Of a stretch of 64,000 nucleotides of DNA, positions 50,886 through 64,000 are shown in pieces. The notes below the pieces were generated by a model that saw only the letters and a program-made list of their open reading frames with translations, searched no databases and was not told the DNA's origin. The DNA is taken from the NCBI RefSeq assembly GCF_006345805.1, contig NC_042997.1, positions 200,942,001-201,006,000 of the forward strand. Reading direction: 5' to 3'. How positions within the stretch are numbered: the first letter of the stretch is position 1; every line of letters starts with the position of its first letter. Origin of the DNA: Octopus sinensis (lineage: Eukaryota). The position numbers were made by a program, and so were the translations under genes.

Positions 50886-51860
50886 TTGGGTCATCCCATA
50901 AATAATACAGCTTTTTTAAACTTCAAATTAAGATAAACAAAGTACTTTTTTGATCTAAAATATACTCTCCTTCATTTTCTACCATTTTCTTCCATCTATC
51001 TGGTAGACTTGCAAGGCCCCTCTTCCCAAATTCACTTGTCTGTGACGAAAAATACTCCTCCAGTACTGTTCTGACCTTGTCTATAGAATTCATATTTTTT
51101 CCATCCAAATGATTTTGAAGATTGCAGAATAAACGATAATCAGATGAGGCAATGTCCAGTGAACAGGGTGGGTGGGACATCATTTCGCATTCGAACTGCT
51201 CCAGCGTTTGGAATGTCATCCTTGCTGTTTGAGGTTGAGTATTATCCTGATGGAAGAACACCTTTCATCTTGAAAACACAGATGGTCGTTTTTCTTCTAG
51301 CACTGACTTAAGTCACTCAAGCTGCTCACAGTAGATCTCCTTTGTTATTGTTTTGCTTGTATTTAAAAGTTCAAAGTGGAGTAAACCCTTCATATCCCAC
51401 CAAACAGATAACAAAACCTTATGTGGGTGAAGACCATATTTAACCTGGGTGCCAGTGTTTCTCCTTTCCATACCCACTATCTTTGGTGCTTGATATTTTT
51501 ATAGAGAACCCATTTCTCTTCACGAGTCACCATTCAGTTCATAAACGGTTCATTCGTGAGACATGACAGCAAAGAAGAGCACACATTCACTCTCTGTAAG
51601 TGCTTAGACTTGGAAAGTTTGTGAGGAACCCATTGCTGCAATTTACTGACTTTTCCAATGGCTGGTTGAATGAGAAAATCCAAGCTTCTCTGCTAGTTCC
51701 TCAACAGTAATGATGGGATTTTTTTCCACCAGGGTGTGCAGGACTTCCTCACCAAGCTGTACAGATCTTCCAGGATGAGTCTTGTCTGCTAAGCTATAGT
51801 TTCCAGCTTGGAATTTCTGGAATCACCATTGACACTGGCTTACGCTTATTGTCTGATCCC

Positions 51861-51891
<31 letters not shown>

Positions 51892-52497
51892 GTTTAACAT
51901 CAGCTTTCCATGCTAGCATGGGTTGGACGAAAGAGTGAGGATTGGTGAACCAGATGGCTGCACAAGGCTTCAATCTTGATCTGGCAGAGTTTCTACAGCT
52001 GGATGCCCTTCCTAATGCCAACCACTCCGAGAGTGTAGTGGGTGCTTTCATGTGCCACGGACATGGGGCCAGTCAGGCGGTACTGGCAACGACCTCGCTC
52101 GAATTTTTTACACATGCCACTGGCACAGGTGCCACTAAGGCAATGCTGGTAACGATCACACTCAAATGGTGTCTTTTACGTGCCACTGGCATAGAGGCCA
52201 GATAGCCGCTCTGCCCATATATTGCATCAATATTCTTTGCACTTCCCTTATATTGTTGCATTTATTGAACTCATAAAGCAAAATATGCCAAATATGCTCC
52301 TTTGTCACTTCCATTATAGCTTCGAAAAAACCACTGTTAAAATCAAGCTGCACTCTTCAAAACTTGCACTAAGAATAAGTACAAGGTGTAATTACTACCT
52401 GCTTTTATAGCAAGTTGATTGCAGGTAGTTTATCCTGTCCTTCTCCAGCTTTAGTTCATGCAAATGAAAAAACCGCATTATTTATGGGATTATGCAA
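50886..52497 (-). mobile_element. Full-length decayed mariner with TIRs and TA TSD; RTE tail nested at 51861-52212
   Basis: TA|ttgggtcatcccataaataat ... attatttatgggattatgcaa|TA; N-terminus MEVTKEHIWHILLYEFNK; C-terminus HQDNTQPQ..HPPCSLDIASSDYRLF..LPDRWKKMVENEGEY. Confidence 0.9.
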
Positions 52498-52787
52498 TAT
52501 CTTTGTTAGAAACAAGCTCCTTCCTGAGAGGAAGAATTTAAACATGCATGTGTGTGTGAGTATGTGTGTGTGTGTGTGTACTTCAAAATAACACTTTATT
52601 GAACAGAATCAGTGAAACTAATATTTATGTTTGAAAAGAAACCTTCATGTTTTGTGTCTTTTTTATTCAGCATCAGTGAATGACTGTAAAACCGGATTTC
52701 TTTTCATCTGATGCATATTTTCAGCTTAGGGGAGGCTTGATTTCACATATATATATATATGTATATACATATATATATAACTATATG

Positions 52788-52833
<46 letters not shown>

Positions 52834-53481
52834 GCTGTTTTATTATTTCTATATATGTATTTCTTTCTTCATTAATCAAACTTTTACATTCACACAAGGA
52901 AATACTTTAAAAAGGTAGCTTTCTGTTTACTCTTTGACCTTTTAAATATATATTTTAAATATTGTTACTTTCTCCAGAAAAAAAAAATACCTCCTCCAAA
53001 AAAACAACAACCTAAGTTTTAATACAAAATAGCTACTTTTTTTGCTATTTAAGAAGCGTTATTGAGTTTTACAATTTTACAAGGCAATGGCATCTGCTAA
53101 ATTCTGTCAACTGATAACAATTTTCACAGAAAATATGACTGCTAGAACTATTTTCTTACTTCATCTTTCAGATTTTGCTGGTTAACAATAAGAATCAGCT
53201 GTCAATTTAGAACAAAAACACATCACATTTCATTGAACAAGTTGAACAAAATGGATGCCTTGTTTAACGCAACTTTAAAAGACTTTCTCTACATTTCGGA
53301 GGAAAAAAGAACAAATTTGGCAGTGAGGTTGATTGTTTTTTTTTTGCTTGTTATTGATATTTTTGTTGCCTTTTTTTTTATTGTTGCGTTGGTGGCGTGG
53401 TCCAACTGATGTTGTTATCTTTGCGGTTGCTGCTGTTGGTTGGGAATGACTTCGTTGTATGGGCTTACATGTATGTGAGTA

Positions 53482-53512
<31 letters not shown>

Positions 53513-55081
53513 ACACATATATATATACATGCATATATATGTATGTGTGTGTGTGTGTGTATACACATATATATACATACATATATATATGTGTGCGTGT
53601 GTGTATATATATATATGCATATATATATATATATGTATATATATATATGTATATATATGTGTGTATGTATATAAACATAAATATATATATATATATCATT
53701 ATGCATAGGTACATTTATATATGTGTATATGGATATATGCATGTGTATATATGTGCATGTATGTATGCATATCATAGCTATACATGGGTACCTATCTATC
53801 CATCTATTTGTCTTTCCATATAAGTGTGTGTATGTGTGGGATTGTGTGTGCATATAATGATATATATTTATATATATATATTATTATACATATGTATATT
53901 TATATGTGTGTGCGTGTGTATATGGATATATGGATGTGTATATGTATGTATGTGTGTGTGTGTATGTGTGCATATCATAGCTATACATGGGTACCTATCT
54001 ATCCATCTATCTATCTCTCCATATATATGCGTGTGTGTGTACATGTATGTGTGTGTAATACACCACACACACACAGACATATATGAGGAAGAATTCATAG
54101 TTCTGAAGTTCTTCTGTGTGATTGCTCTTACTATTATTTCTTGCTATTTGCTGCTTGAGTGTGTTTACACATGTTAGAAGCCATACAAGATCAAATCATG
54201 TTTTTTAAAGTGCAAAGTTTTCGCATGTAAAACCATCTCAACATTTCAAGCAATGTTGCTGTCTTTTACGTTTGCCCATCACATATTTTGCATTTGTACA
54301 TTCTCTTTTACATTTTGATATTTATTGAAAAATTTTTCTACTCATAAATCTTTTTCACTCTTTTTCCCCCCAAATACAAAGGTATATATCATCATATATA
54401 TATATATATATAGGTTTTATATATAGGTGCAGGAGTGGCTGTGTGGTAAGTAGCTTGCTAACCAACCGCATGGTTCCAGGTTCAGTCAACTTGCCCAAGG
54501 TGCCACGGAAGTGTCTTCTACTATAACCTTGTGCTGGCCAAAGCTTTGCGAGTGGATTTGGTAGACAGAGGAGCCAGTCAGGCAGCACTGGCACTGACTA
54601 TGTTTGAATGGTGGTTTTTATGTGCCACCGGCACAGGAGCCAGTCAAGTGGCACTGGCAATGACCATGCTCGAATGGTGCTTTTTATGTGCCACAGGCAT
54701 AAGAGCCAATCAGACACTGGTATTGACCATGCTTGGATGGTGCTTTTTACGTTCCACCTGCATAGGAGCCAGTCAAGTGGCACTGGCATCGACCATGCTC
54801 ATACGGTGCATTTTATGTGCCATGAAAACTAAATAACCTACAAGGAGAACCTACACATGATGACTGCTAAAAATAGCAGCCAATCTTTCCTTGGATAAGA
54901 TCCTATAACTTTAAAGATAAGGGGAGAACACATTAGACAATGCAGTTTTGGATTTAAAAAAACAAAACGAAACACAGAAGGGTTAGTCAAGCCTGGAATG
55001 TCTTTGGTTATAAGTTTGCTTAATTAGAACTGATTTGAAACTAAACAACAGTAAGAGTAACAACAACAGGAACAGAAACAG

Positions 55082-55112
<31 letters not shown>

Positions 55113-55889
55113 GAAATAACTGCAGCAGCAACATCAAGATCAACAACGACAACTATGATATCAACAACAATAACAACAACAACACAAAATATTTCATAAA
55201 TGGCAGCAAATTTCAAAATGGTAAAGGATTTACTGCAATGATTTACTGCCATAATCCATTTTAATTGGCATCCATTTTGAAAGTATTGATCGTTAACATC
55301 GGAATATTCCCCGTTAAGAACCTAGCTTAAAGCGTGTCTTACGAAGTGTCGGATGCTGCGGCAACCTCTCAACCATCTTCCCTCTATTTCTCCGTATACC
55401 ACTTATCACTTCCATGAGTCGATAAGACATGGAAAGAAAACAATCCATGAGGGAAATACAACAGAAAGCTGATGAATAATTGAAGGATTTTATTGTATCG
55501 CAGAGTGAAACCTCTAAGATGACACCAGAGGAGGATAAAAGAAATCTAATATAAATTGCTAAGGTTACGTTCGCTAGATGCATTGTTGCATTTTTGTTGT
55601 TGCTGTTGTGGTTGTTGTTGTTGTTGTGGGGAGGGGGATTTAGTTCCCTGTCAGCATTCATTTGGAAGTGTCTTTAATAGAGTCAATTCCATCCCAAGTA
55701 TTCAGATTCAGGTCAGGCTCCAGTGTTGAGAATGTCAGATGTATCTGAACCTAAGGGTTCTGGGTTCATTCTCAATGCTTGGCACTTTGGGTGTATGCCT
55801 TCAACTATAGCCCCAGGCTGACCTAACCCTTGTAAGTTGAATTAGTTGAGAGAAACAGAAAGAAGTATATATATTAATATATATATATA

Positions 55890-55925
<36 letters not shown>

Positions 55926-55936
55926 CACACACATAT

Positions 55937-56136
55937 ATTCTTTTATTTGTTTCAGTCATTTGGCTGTGGCCATGCTGGAGCGCTTCCTTTAGTCAAACAA
56001 ATCGGCCCCAAGACTTATTCTTTGTAAGCCTACTACTTATTTTGTTGGTCTCTTTTTGCTGAACTGTTAGATTTCAGGGAAGTAAACTCACTAGCATCGG
56101 TTGTCAAGCGATGGTGGAGGACAAACACAGACACAC

Positions 56137-56189
<53 letters not shown>

Positions 56190-56350
56190 CGTGCTTCTTT
56201 CAGTTTCTGTCTACTAAATCCACTCACAAGTTTTTGGTCGTCCTGAGGTTACAGTAGAAGACACTTGCCCAAGGTGCCATGCAGTGGGACTGAACCCAGA
56301 CCCATGTGGCTGTTAAGCAAGCTTCTTACCACACAGCCACTCCTGTGCCT
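55937..56350 (-). mobile_element. SINE family A
   Basis: Consensus match with a (CA)n insert. Confidence 0.85.
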
Positions 56351-57085
56351 ATGTATATATTATATAAATGTTTGTCATCATCATGATCATGATGATCATC
56401 ATCTTTTAATGTCTGCCGTCCGTGCTGGCATGGGTCGGGCAGTTTAACTGAGGACTGGCAAACCAGGAGGCTGTGTTAGGATCCAATCTGTTCTGGCTCA
56501 TTCTGAGAGTGTAGTGGGTGCTTTTTACATGCCATCAACAACAACTATGCTCAAATAGTGCTTTTTATGTGCCACCAGCATGGGAGCCAGTCAGGCGGCA
56601 CTGGCATCTTTGTGTGTATGTATGTGTGTATGTGTATGTGTGTGTGTGTGTGTGTGTGTATGTATCTATTTGTATGTGTGTTTGGGATTTTGTTTGTACC
56701 CTCCACCACCTGATAACTGATGTTGGTGTGTTTATTCCATGTAACTTAGTGGTTTGGCAAAAGAGACCCATAGAATAAGTATTTGTCTTAAAAAAAAATT
56801 ATTGGGATTGATTTGTTCAACTAAAATAATCTTCAAGGCAGTACTCCAGCATGGCCACAGTCTAATGGCTGAAACCAGTAAAGGGCAAAAGAAGGATAAA
56901 GGTTAACTTCTGATTCAGCCAAAGAAAGAATCTGTGAGTTCAAATCTTGAAAGTAGTACCTTCATTGTGCTTCCAAAATTATTCTGCCTCAACGAATTTC
57001 TCTGACCCATACAAGCATGGGAAAGTGTGCCTTAAGCCAAAGGTGTTGAGGATGATCGTGATGATGATGATGATGATGATGATGA

Positions 57086-57387
57086 TGCCAGTGGCATGTA
57101 AAAAGCACCATCCGAACTTGGCCGATACCAGTGCCGCCTTGACTGGCTTCCATGCCGGTGGTACATAAAAAGCACAAACCGATCGTGGTGATTGCCAGCC
57201 TCCCCTGGCACCTGTGCCAGTGGCACGTAAAAAGCATCCACTACACTCATGGAGTGGTTGGCGTTAGGAAGGGCATCCAGCTGTAGAAACACTGCCAGAT
57301 CAGACTGGAGCCTGGTGCAGCCTCCTGGCTTCCCAGACCCTGGTCAAACCGTCCAACCCATGCTAGCATGGAAAATGGACGTTAAAC

Positions 57388-57419
<32 letters not shown>

Positions 57420-57420
57420 C
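57086..57420 (+). mobile_element. RTE 3' end between (GAT)n tracts
   Basis: Nearly identical to 5730-6021. Confidence 0.8.
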
Positions 57421-57499
57421 AATGTCAATGACAATGGTTGTTGAAATGCTGGGTTTTGAGGAGCCTGTTAAGATCTTAACCCTAACCCTAACACCATCT

Positions 57500-57830
57500 T
57501 GGATTTAACGAGGTGAATGATAACAAAGCTTCTTTGATCGAATTGTGAAGAAATGTTTCCTGAGGGCTTCGTTGATGTGGAACAGTAATGTGTTGAAGAA
57601 GATCAGCATTAAAAGAGTGAAGACGCAGAACTAGAACAAATTTTAACAACCAAAGATTTGACTGACAGCTTCTAATTTAAGAAAAGTAAAAAGCTCAGAT
57701 GCCATGAACATTTTTTACTGAAAAAGATCCCCAAAGAATTGAGAGACATTCTGATGCAGAAAACTTAATAAATGGATTCATCTGTTGCAAGGAATTACTC
57801 TAATAGGAAAGAAAAAATGCATCAAAAATT
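57500..57830 (+). pseudogene. Possible pogo/Tigger transposase C-terminal relic
   Basis: Acidic stretch then ILTTKDLTDSF and FTEKDPQRIER; many stops. Confidence 0.35.
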
Positions 57831-58027
57831 ATTTTTCAAGTAAATAATTATCATATTTTGTTGTACATTGGGAGGGTCACTATGCCAATAATAAACACAT
57901 GTACTGGTTATTTTTCATTTCTTTATTCTGTATTTGTCAAATAACTAAGCGATTATTTTCCAAGATACTTCAGTACACGAGATCAAGAAACTTGCAAACC
58001 AAGTCCAAAATCGAAATTACCATATTG

Positions 58028-59495
58028 TGTGTGGCAAATGCAGAGGAGTAATGAAAGTGTTCAGAAAACAGCTTCTGTTACAAGCCAGGGGAAAAAACTA
58101 GAAGTAGTTGATAGCATCTGTTACCTAGGTGACCAAGTCAGTAGTGGATGCTCTGAGAGCATAGCTGTTAGAATAAGAATAGCCTGGGCAAAGTTCAGAG
58201 AGCTTCTACCTCTGCTGGTAATAAAGGGCGTCTCAGTCAGAGTGAAAATTAGACTGTATGATGCCCTTGTGTTAACAGCCATGCCACATGGCAGTGAAAC
58301 ATGAGCCATGACTGCTGAGGACATGCATAAGCTTGCAAGAAATGAAGCTAGTATGCTCCGCTGGATGTGTAATGTCAGTGTGCATACACGACAGAGTGTA
58401 AACGCCCTGAGAGAAAAGTTAGACATAAGGAGCATCAGATGAGGTGTGGAAGAGAGCTGACTGTGCTGGTCATGTGATGCATATGGATGAGGAGAGCTGT
58501 GTGAGGAAGTGTCACACCCTAATAGTGGAGGGAACCTGTGGAAAAGGTTGACCCAGGAAGACATGTTATGAGGTGGTGAAGCACAACCTTCAAACGTTAG
58601 GCCTCACAGAGGCAATGACAAGCAACCGAGACTTTTGGAGATATGCTGTGCTTGAGAAGACTTGGCAATCCAAGTGAGACTGTAACCATGGCCTATGCCA
58701 GTGTCACATAACTGGCTCATTTAAGAGTACCCTTCAATCATTGGGCAATAAACTGTGCTTGAGAAGACCTATTGAGTCAAGTGAAATCATTGTCATGGCT
58801 AATGCCAGTACTGCCTGACTGGCACCCGTGCCGGTGGCACGTAAAAAGCACCATTTAAGCGTGGTCAATGTCAGCTCCACCAGACTGGCTCCTGTACTGG
58901 TGGCATATAAAATACACCTTACGAACATGGTTGATGCAAATGCCACCTGACTGGTCCCATGCCAGTGGCACATAAAAAGTACCCACTACACTCTTGGAGT
59001 GGTTGGCATTAGGAAAGGTATTCAGCCGTAGAAACCTTGCCAGATCTCATTCTCGCCCACAACATCATAAGCGGAAAGTGTAACCTCCCGTAAGAGCTGT
59101 TCTTCACTCCTGCTCCAGAGCGTCGGCTGCGGGGTCATTCCGAAAAGCTCTACCTGCGACGATTTCATCTCAATCGAAGGAGAGGAGCTTTCTCCGTCCG
59201 GGTTGCGGATCCGTGGAACAAGCTGCCAGACGAGATGGTGAAGATGCCGACGACCGCTTTGTTCAAAGCCTCCCTGGACCTCAAGTGGCCTGAACTCTTT
59301 ACATGAACACCACCCTGTACTTAACTCCATGTCCCCCTACATGGCCTTGCTATTTGCTTTTGAGCCAAATTAACTAACTAACTAACTAACAGATAAGACT
59401 GGAACCTGGTACAGCCTTCTGGCTTGTCAGTCCTCAGTTAATCCGTCCAACCCATGCCAGCATGGAAAGCAGATATTAAACAATGATGATGATGT
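58028..59495 (+). mobile_element. RTE LINE 3' portion
   Basis: LEVVDSICYLG..RIRIAWAKFRELLPLL..RLYDALV..HGSET..MLRWMC; 3'UTR repeats; (GAT)n tail. Confidence 0.9.
59046..59389 (+). mobile_element. CR1-clade LINE 3' fragment nested in the RTE tail
   Basis: RLRGHSEKL..RRGAFSVRVADPWNKLP..FKASLD; (TAAC)n tail; cagat at 59041-59045 and 59390-59394. Confidence 0.85.
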
Positions 59496-59814
59496 TGATG
59501 ATGTTTTTATTGATATATTTACAATACATGTATATATCCCCAATGTTTAATGTAAAAACATTTTGAACTTTGTATAGGAATTTGTTGATTATTTTGTGGC
59601 TAGGAACATACCAGAGGAATATATAATACTTTCTATCATTAAAGCTACAATAAAACAAATGGGTTTTGTTTAACATCATGTCAGTTAAGGACACGTTTCC
59701 AAAGCAATGTCTCTTAAGACATGTAAGTGTTTTCGCTGTTAACACCTTTTCAAATACAAACGTTACAGAGTAGTCTATATTGAGGAAGTTGTTTTTAGGA
59801 GTGATGTTCACTGC

Positions 59815-60460
59815 TTCCAGTTTAATTTTAGATTTAGAATTCTTAGAAAGTATTCATCTTTTGCTTTTCCTAATCTATCATTTTCTTACTGTATTTTGAA
59901 AAAAGGTAATATTTTGAATTTTTCATTTGCAGTAATGTCTAAATGTTCATTCACTTCATGGAGTATTTCTAAGAGATGACTCTGATTTGTTGCTTATGTA
60001 CTCTTACCCGATACATTAATATTGATCCTGTTTGGCCAATATAATTCTCATTGTATATTACAGGCATCAGATACAGTTAACAAGGTTTTTCTGTTTTGCA
60101 GTTCTTATTTGCTTTAACATTCAGTTTATTCTCATTCTTGAACTTTTGGTTTGCTCTGTTTAATTATTTCACTCATCCCATAACGAATTTTGTCATTTTT
60201 AGGAGTCTTTTAAGATTTGGTAATTGTCTTTGGTTGACAGTGATTTGTGATTCTTTAATTATTTTCAAGTATTTGATGATAGCAAAAAAGTACAGTTTGG
60301 CTGATTGTAAGATGTCATGTTTTTTAGGATTATGGATGACAACAATGGAATACTTATGTTGCTTTTCTCTTCACCCTTATTGTGAGAGTCTTTTCCAAAA
60401 GACAGTGGTTAGTTTCTCTTTTGTCCTTATGGTGGTGGGATTTACTACATTTTCCCAGTA
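59815..60460 (-). pseudogene. Second, degenerate PLE linker/GIY-YIG region
   Basis: Minus strand VIHNP, RQLPNLKRLL and ENYIGQTGSILMYRVRVHKQQIR are collinear with the 32833-33447 protein. Confidence 0.75.
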
Positions 60461-60474
60461 GATTTGTTTCTTAA

Positions 60475-61200
60475 GGCATAGGAGAGGCTGTGTGGTAAGT
60501 AGCTTGCTTATGAATCACATGGTTCTGGGTTCAGTTCCACAGCATGGCACCTTGGGCAAATGTCTTCTACTATAGCCTCTGGCTGACCAAAGCCTTGTGA
60601 GTGGATTTGGTAGACAGAAACTGAAAGAAGCCCGTCGTATATATGTATGTATATATATATATGTGTGTGTGTGTGTATGTGTGTGTATGTTTGTGTGTCT
60701 GTGTTTGTCCCCCTCAGCATCGCTTGGCAACTGATGCTGGTGCGTTTACGCCCCACGTAACTTAGCAGTTCGGCAAAAGAGACCGTGCATGTGTGCGTAT
60801 TCTTTTATTCTTTTATTTGTTTCAGTCATTTGACTGCAGCCATGCTAGAGCACCGCCTTTAGTTGACTCAATCAACCCCAGGACTTATTCTTTGTAAGCC
60901 TAATACTTATTCTATTGGTCTCTTTTGCTGAACCGCTAAGTTACAGGGATGTAAACACACCAACATTAGTTGTCAAGCGATGGTGCTGGGGACAAACACA
61001 GACACAGACACAGACATAGACACAGACACACACACACACATGATGGGCTTCTTTCAGTTTCCGTCTACCACATCCACTCACAAGGCTTTGGTCGGCCTAA
61101 GGCTATAGTAGAAGACACTCGCCCAAAGTCCCACACAGTGGGACTGAATCTGGAACCATGTGGCTGGTAAGCAAGCTACTTTCCACACAGCTACTCTTGC
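60475..61200. mobile_element. Two SINE A copies tail-to-tail (60475-60785 +, 60800-61200 -)
   Basis: Consensus matches in opposite orientation. Confidence 0.85.
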
Positions 61201-62015
61201 ATTTATATATGTGTGTGTATACATATACACACACACACACACACACAAAAACACACACATGCACAAACACACACACAAAAACACACACAAACACACACAC
61301 ACACACACACATGAAGGATTTCTTTCAGTTTCTGTCAGTCAAATCCACTTACAAAGCTTTTGTCAGCCTTGGGCTATTCATCATCATCATCATCATCATC
61401 ATTGTTTAATGTCCGCTTTCCATGCTAGCATAGATTGGACGATTTGACCGAGGACTGGCGAACCAGATGGCTGCACCAGGCTCCAATCTGCTCCGGCAGA
61501 GTTTCTACAGCTTGCTGCCATTCGCACGAGGGCCAGTCAGGCGGTACTGGCAACGGTCACACTCAAGTGGTGTTTTTTACATGCCACCTGCACAGAAGCC
61601 ATTATAAAAGACATTTACCTAAGTCAGTACAGTGGGACTGAACCCAAGACCTCACGGTTGGGAAGCAGGCTTCTTATCTTCACAACCATGTCTGTAACTA
61701 TGCAATACAAAATACACAAAAACATTCAGTTTTGAATTTCAGCATTTTCTGCTGTTTTGTAGTCTTAATATTTCTTGTGTGACAAATAATCTAACATCTC
61801 AATATTCGGAAAAGACTTTGTACAGAATAAGTCGGATCTTTTATTTTGGTATTTCTGACAGAACTTGTATCTCTATTGAAGCTGATTTTATGATTTGCCA
61901 ATACAAGATAATTTGAACTGCTTTTCATTTTCATTCATTCATTTCGAGTATTATTTATTATCCAACACATTTACAGAACTATTCAAAAAAAGCTATGAAC
62001 CTGGTGACATAAAAA

Positions 62016-62779
62016 AACGAAAGTTCTGAAGAAAGAAACTTTAATTTCCCTTGCTGAATGTCAGAGTTACGAAAATCTAAATAAATTTTCTGGTCAAAAG
62101 ATTATTTTTTTCATGGATATTAGAGGTTGTCATAAATACCAAGTTATACACGAAAATGGTTGTTCATGATAAAAAGAGTAACAATCATCTACTTTAAAGT
62201 TCACTAAGTCTTTATCTAATCTTAGAAATGTTTTATAAAGACTGGTAATGATAAAGTTTCTTAAAAGACAACATGGTAGTATCTGATGTAGTATAAGAAC
62301 AAGCGAAAAGAAAACATGTTTATTATAAATGATTTTTGTATCGAATAAATAGAATGACACAATATATCCATTAATAGTATTTAAATATAATACTTTAAAC
62401 CATCGTCAGACAATAAATATTTTTATTATGGGTTCTTTACATTTATCAGGATGTTCAATATACTGAAAATTTACTTTGTAGATACAACGTTTTTCCTGTA
62501 TTTAATTCATAGAAGAGATTTATAAATTGAATGAGATTATATGGAATATATGTTAACTCTTTAGTTAACAGAAGTTTTCAGAGATGTACTAGCCAGACAA
62601 GTGATTTGACCTGAGAAGTGAAACTAAAGCCATTATTCTGTGGAAGATACATTTCAACCATTCAAAAATTGCACAAAAACTGTCAGCTTCTCTTAAGTAT
62701 TTTTTATTTGCTGTTAAAAGTTTTGTCACACTAACTGTGACCAAGTCACTGACTTGGTTTCACTCCATCTTTAAAAGTA

Positions 62780-62815
<36 letters not shown>

Positions 62816-63073
62816 TGATTGTTATAGATGATATATAGATGATATATATATAGATGATATATAGATGATATATAGATGATATATATATAGATTAAAGTAG
62901 ATGATTGTTACTCTTTTTATCATGAACAACCATTTTCGTGTATAACTTGGTATTTATGACAACCTCTAATATCCATGAAAAAAATAATCTTTTGACCAGA
63001 AAATTTATTTAGATTTTCGTAACTCTGACATTCAGCAAGGGAAATTAAAGTTTCTTTCTTCAGAACTTTCGTT
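62016..63073. repeat. Perfect ~182-bp inverted duplication (62016-62197 and 62892-63073)
   Basis: No mismatch found by eye; the right copy lies in TA-rich repeats. Confidence 0.9.
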
Positions 63074-63084
63074 ATATATATATA

Positions 63085-63290
63085 TAGGGGGAGAATTCAC
63101 GGAAAAAACAAAATACGAAGACAGGTGGTGTACAAAACAAACAGATGTATTAGTATAATGCTCGGGAATTGAAAAAGTCTTTTACGTTTCAAGCCTACGC
63201 TCTTCTACAGAAAGGGACACAGAAAAAAACCAGGAGAGAAACAAGGAGGGAAAAATTTGTGTATAGTAGCTACCAATCTATCATGGTGAT
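63085..63290 (-). mobile_element. Family X repeat with HHR-like motif (63179-63214)
   Basis: Minus strand: cttt CTGTAGA a gagc-gtag-gctt GAAA cgTA aaag. Confidence 0.7.
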
Positions 63291-63583
63291 CTATCCCCCG
63301 CTAAAAGTGGATGTTGGATTAGAATGCAGAATACTGATTTATTCATGATGAGAGAACATTTCAGATGAATGTGTGGAGCACAAAAGAACTTGTGTTTCTA
63401 TTGCTGACAGGTGATAACTGTCCGTTACAGCCACTGAAACTGACAGATCCTGTGATTTCTCCCTTCCTTGAGCTTATCAATGACAGACGTCCTGCATACA
63501 GTACCCCTCACCAGTGATATATAACTCTCAGTGTCTTGCCAGTGTCTATTCAACCACTAGTATCACAAATAGCTAGTGGCCTT

Positions 63584-64000
63584 CATCATCATCATCATCA
63601 TCATTGTTTAATGTCCGTTTTCCATGCCGGCATGGGTTGGACGGTTCAACCGGGGTCTGGGAAGCCAGGAGGCTGCACCAGGCTCCAGTCTGATCTGGCA
63701 GTGTTTCTACAGCTGGATGCCCTTCCTAACGCCAACCACTCTGAGAGAGTCATGGGTGTTTCTTTATGTGCCACTGGCACAGGAGCCAGAGGGAGCTGGC
63801 AACGACCATGATTCATTGGTGCTTTTTATGTGCCACTGGCACGGGAGCCTGTCAAGGCAGCACTGGTATCAGCCATATTGGTGCTTTTTACATGCCACCA
63901 GCACAGGGATCACAACTACAATTTTCAGTTGATTTTTATTTTGATGTTGATGTTGATGTACTTGACTCAATAGGTCTCCTCAAGCACGGCATGTCGCCCT
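63584..64000 (-). mobile_element. RTE 3' end running off the window
   Basis: (CAT)n followed by the reverse complement of the RTE tail. Confidence 0.8.

Noticed and set aside
57477-57492. Telomere-like (CCCTAA)2, also ttaggg-like at ~26935
   Set aside because: Too short to distinguish from chance.
59476-59811. 111-aa minus-strand ORF
   Set aside because: Lies in the probable 3'UTR of the degenerate PLE; no motif recognised.

Overview
AT-rich, microsatellite-dense eukaryotic DNA, most likely intronic or intergenic coleoid cephalopod (Octopus-like) sequence judging from its SINE families. I found no confidently intact host gene; most of the ORF track is microsatellite or SINE noise. The window is a mosaic of at least four tRNA-derived SINE families, RTE, CR1 and R4/Dong-type LINE fragments, Tc1/mariner relics (one full-length with TIRs), two non-autonomous Helitrons, a fragmented Gypsy pol, a frameshifted Penelope-like element (PLE; RT + GIY-YIG, 32.2-35.3 kb, minus strand) and many fold-back palindromes. 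The main unexplained signal is about 15 minimal type I hammerhead ribozyme (HHR)-like motifs (stem I-CUGANGA-stem II-GAAA-palindrome-UH-stem I') spread over several unrelated repeat families. These include a tRNA-headed SINE ending in an HHR, a family with a consistent A6->U core variant, and a ~460-bp circularly permuted, retrozyme-like tandem unit. All alignments and coordinates were read by eye and most boundaries are approximate.
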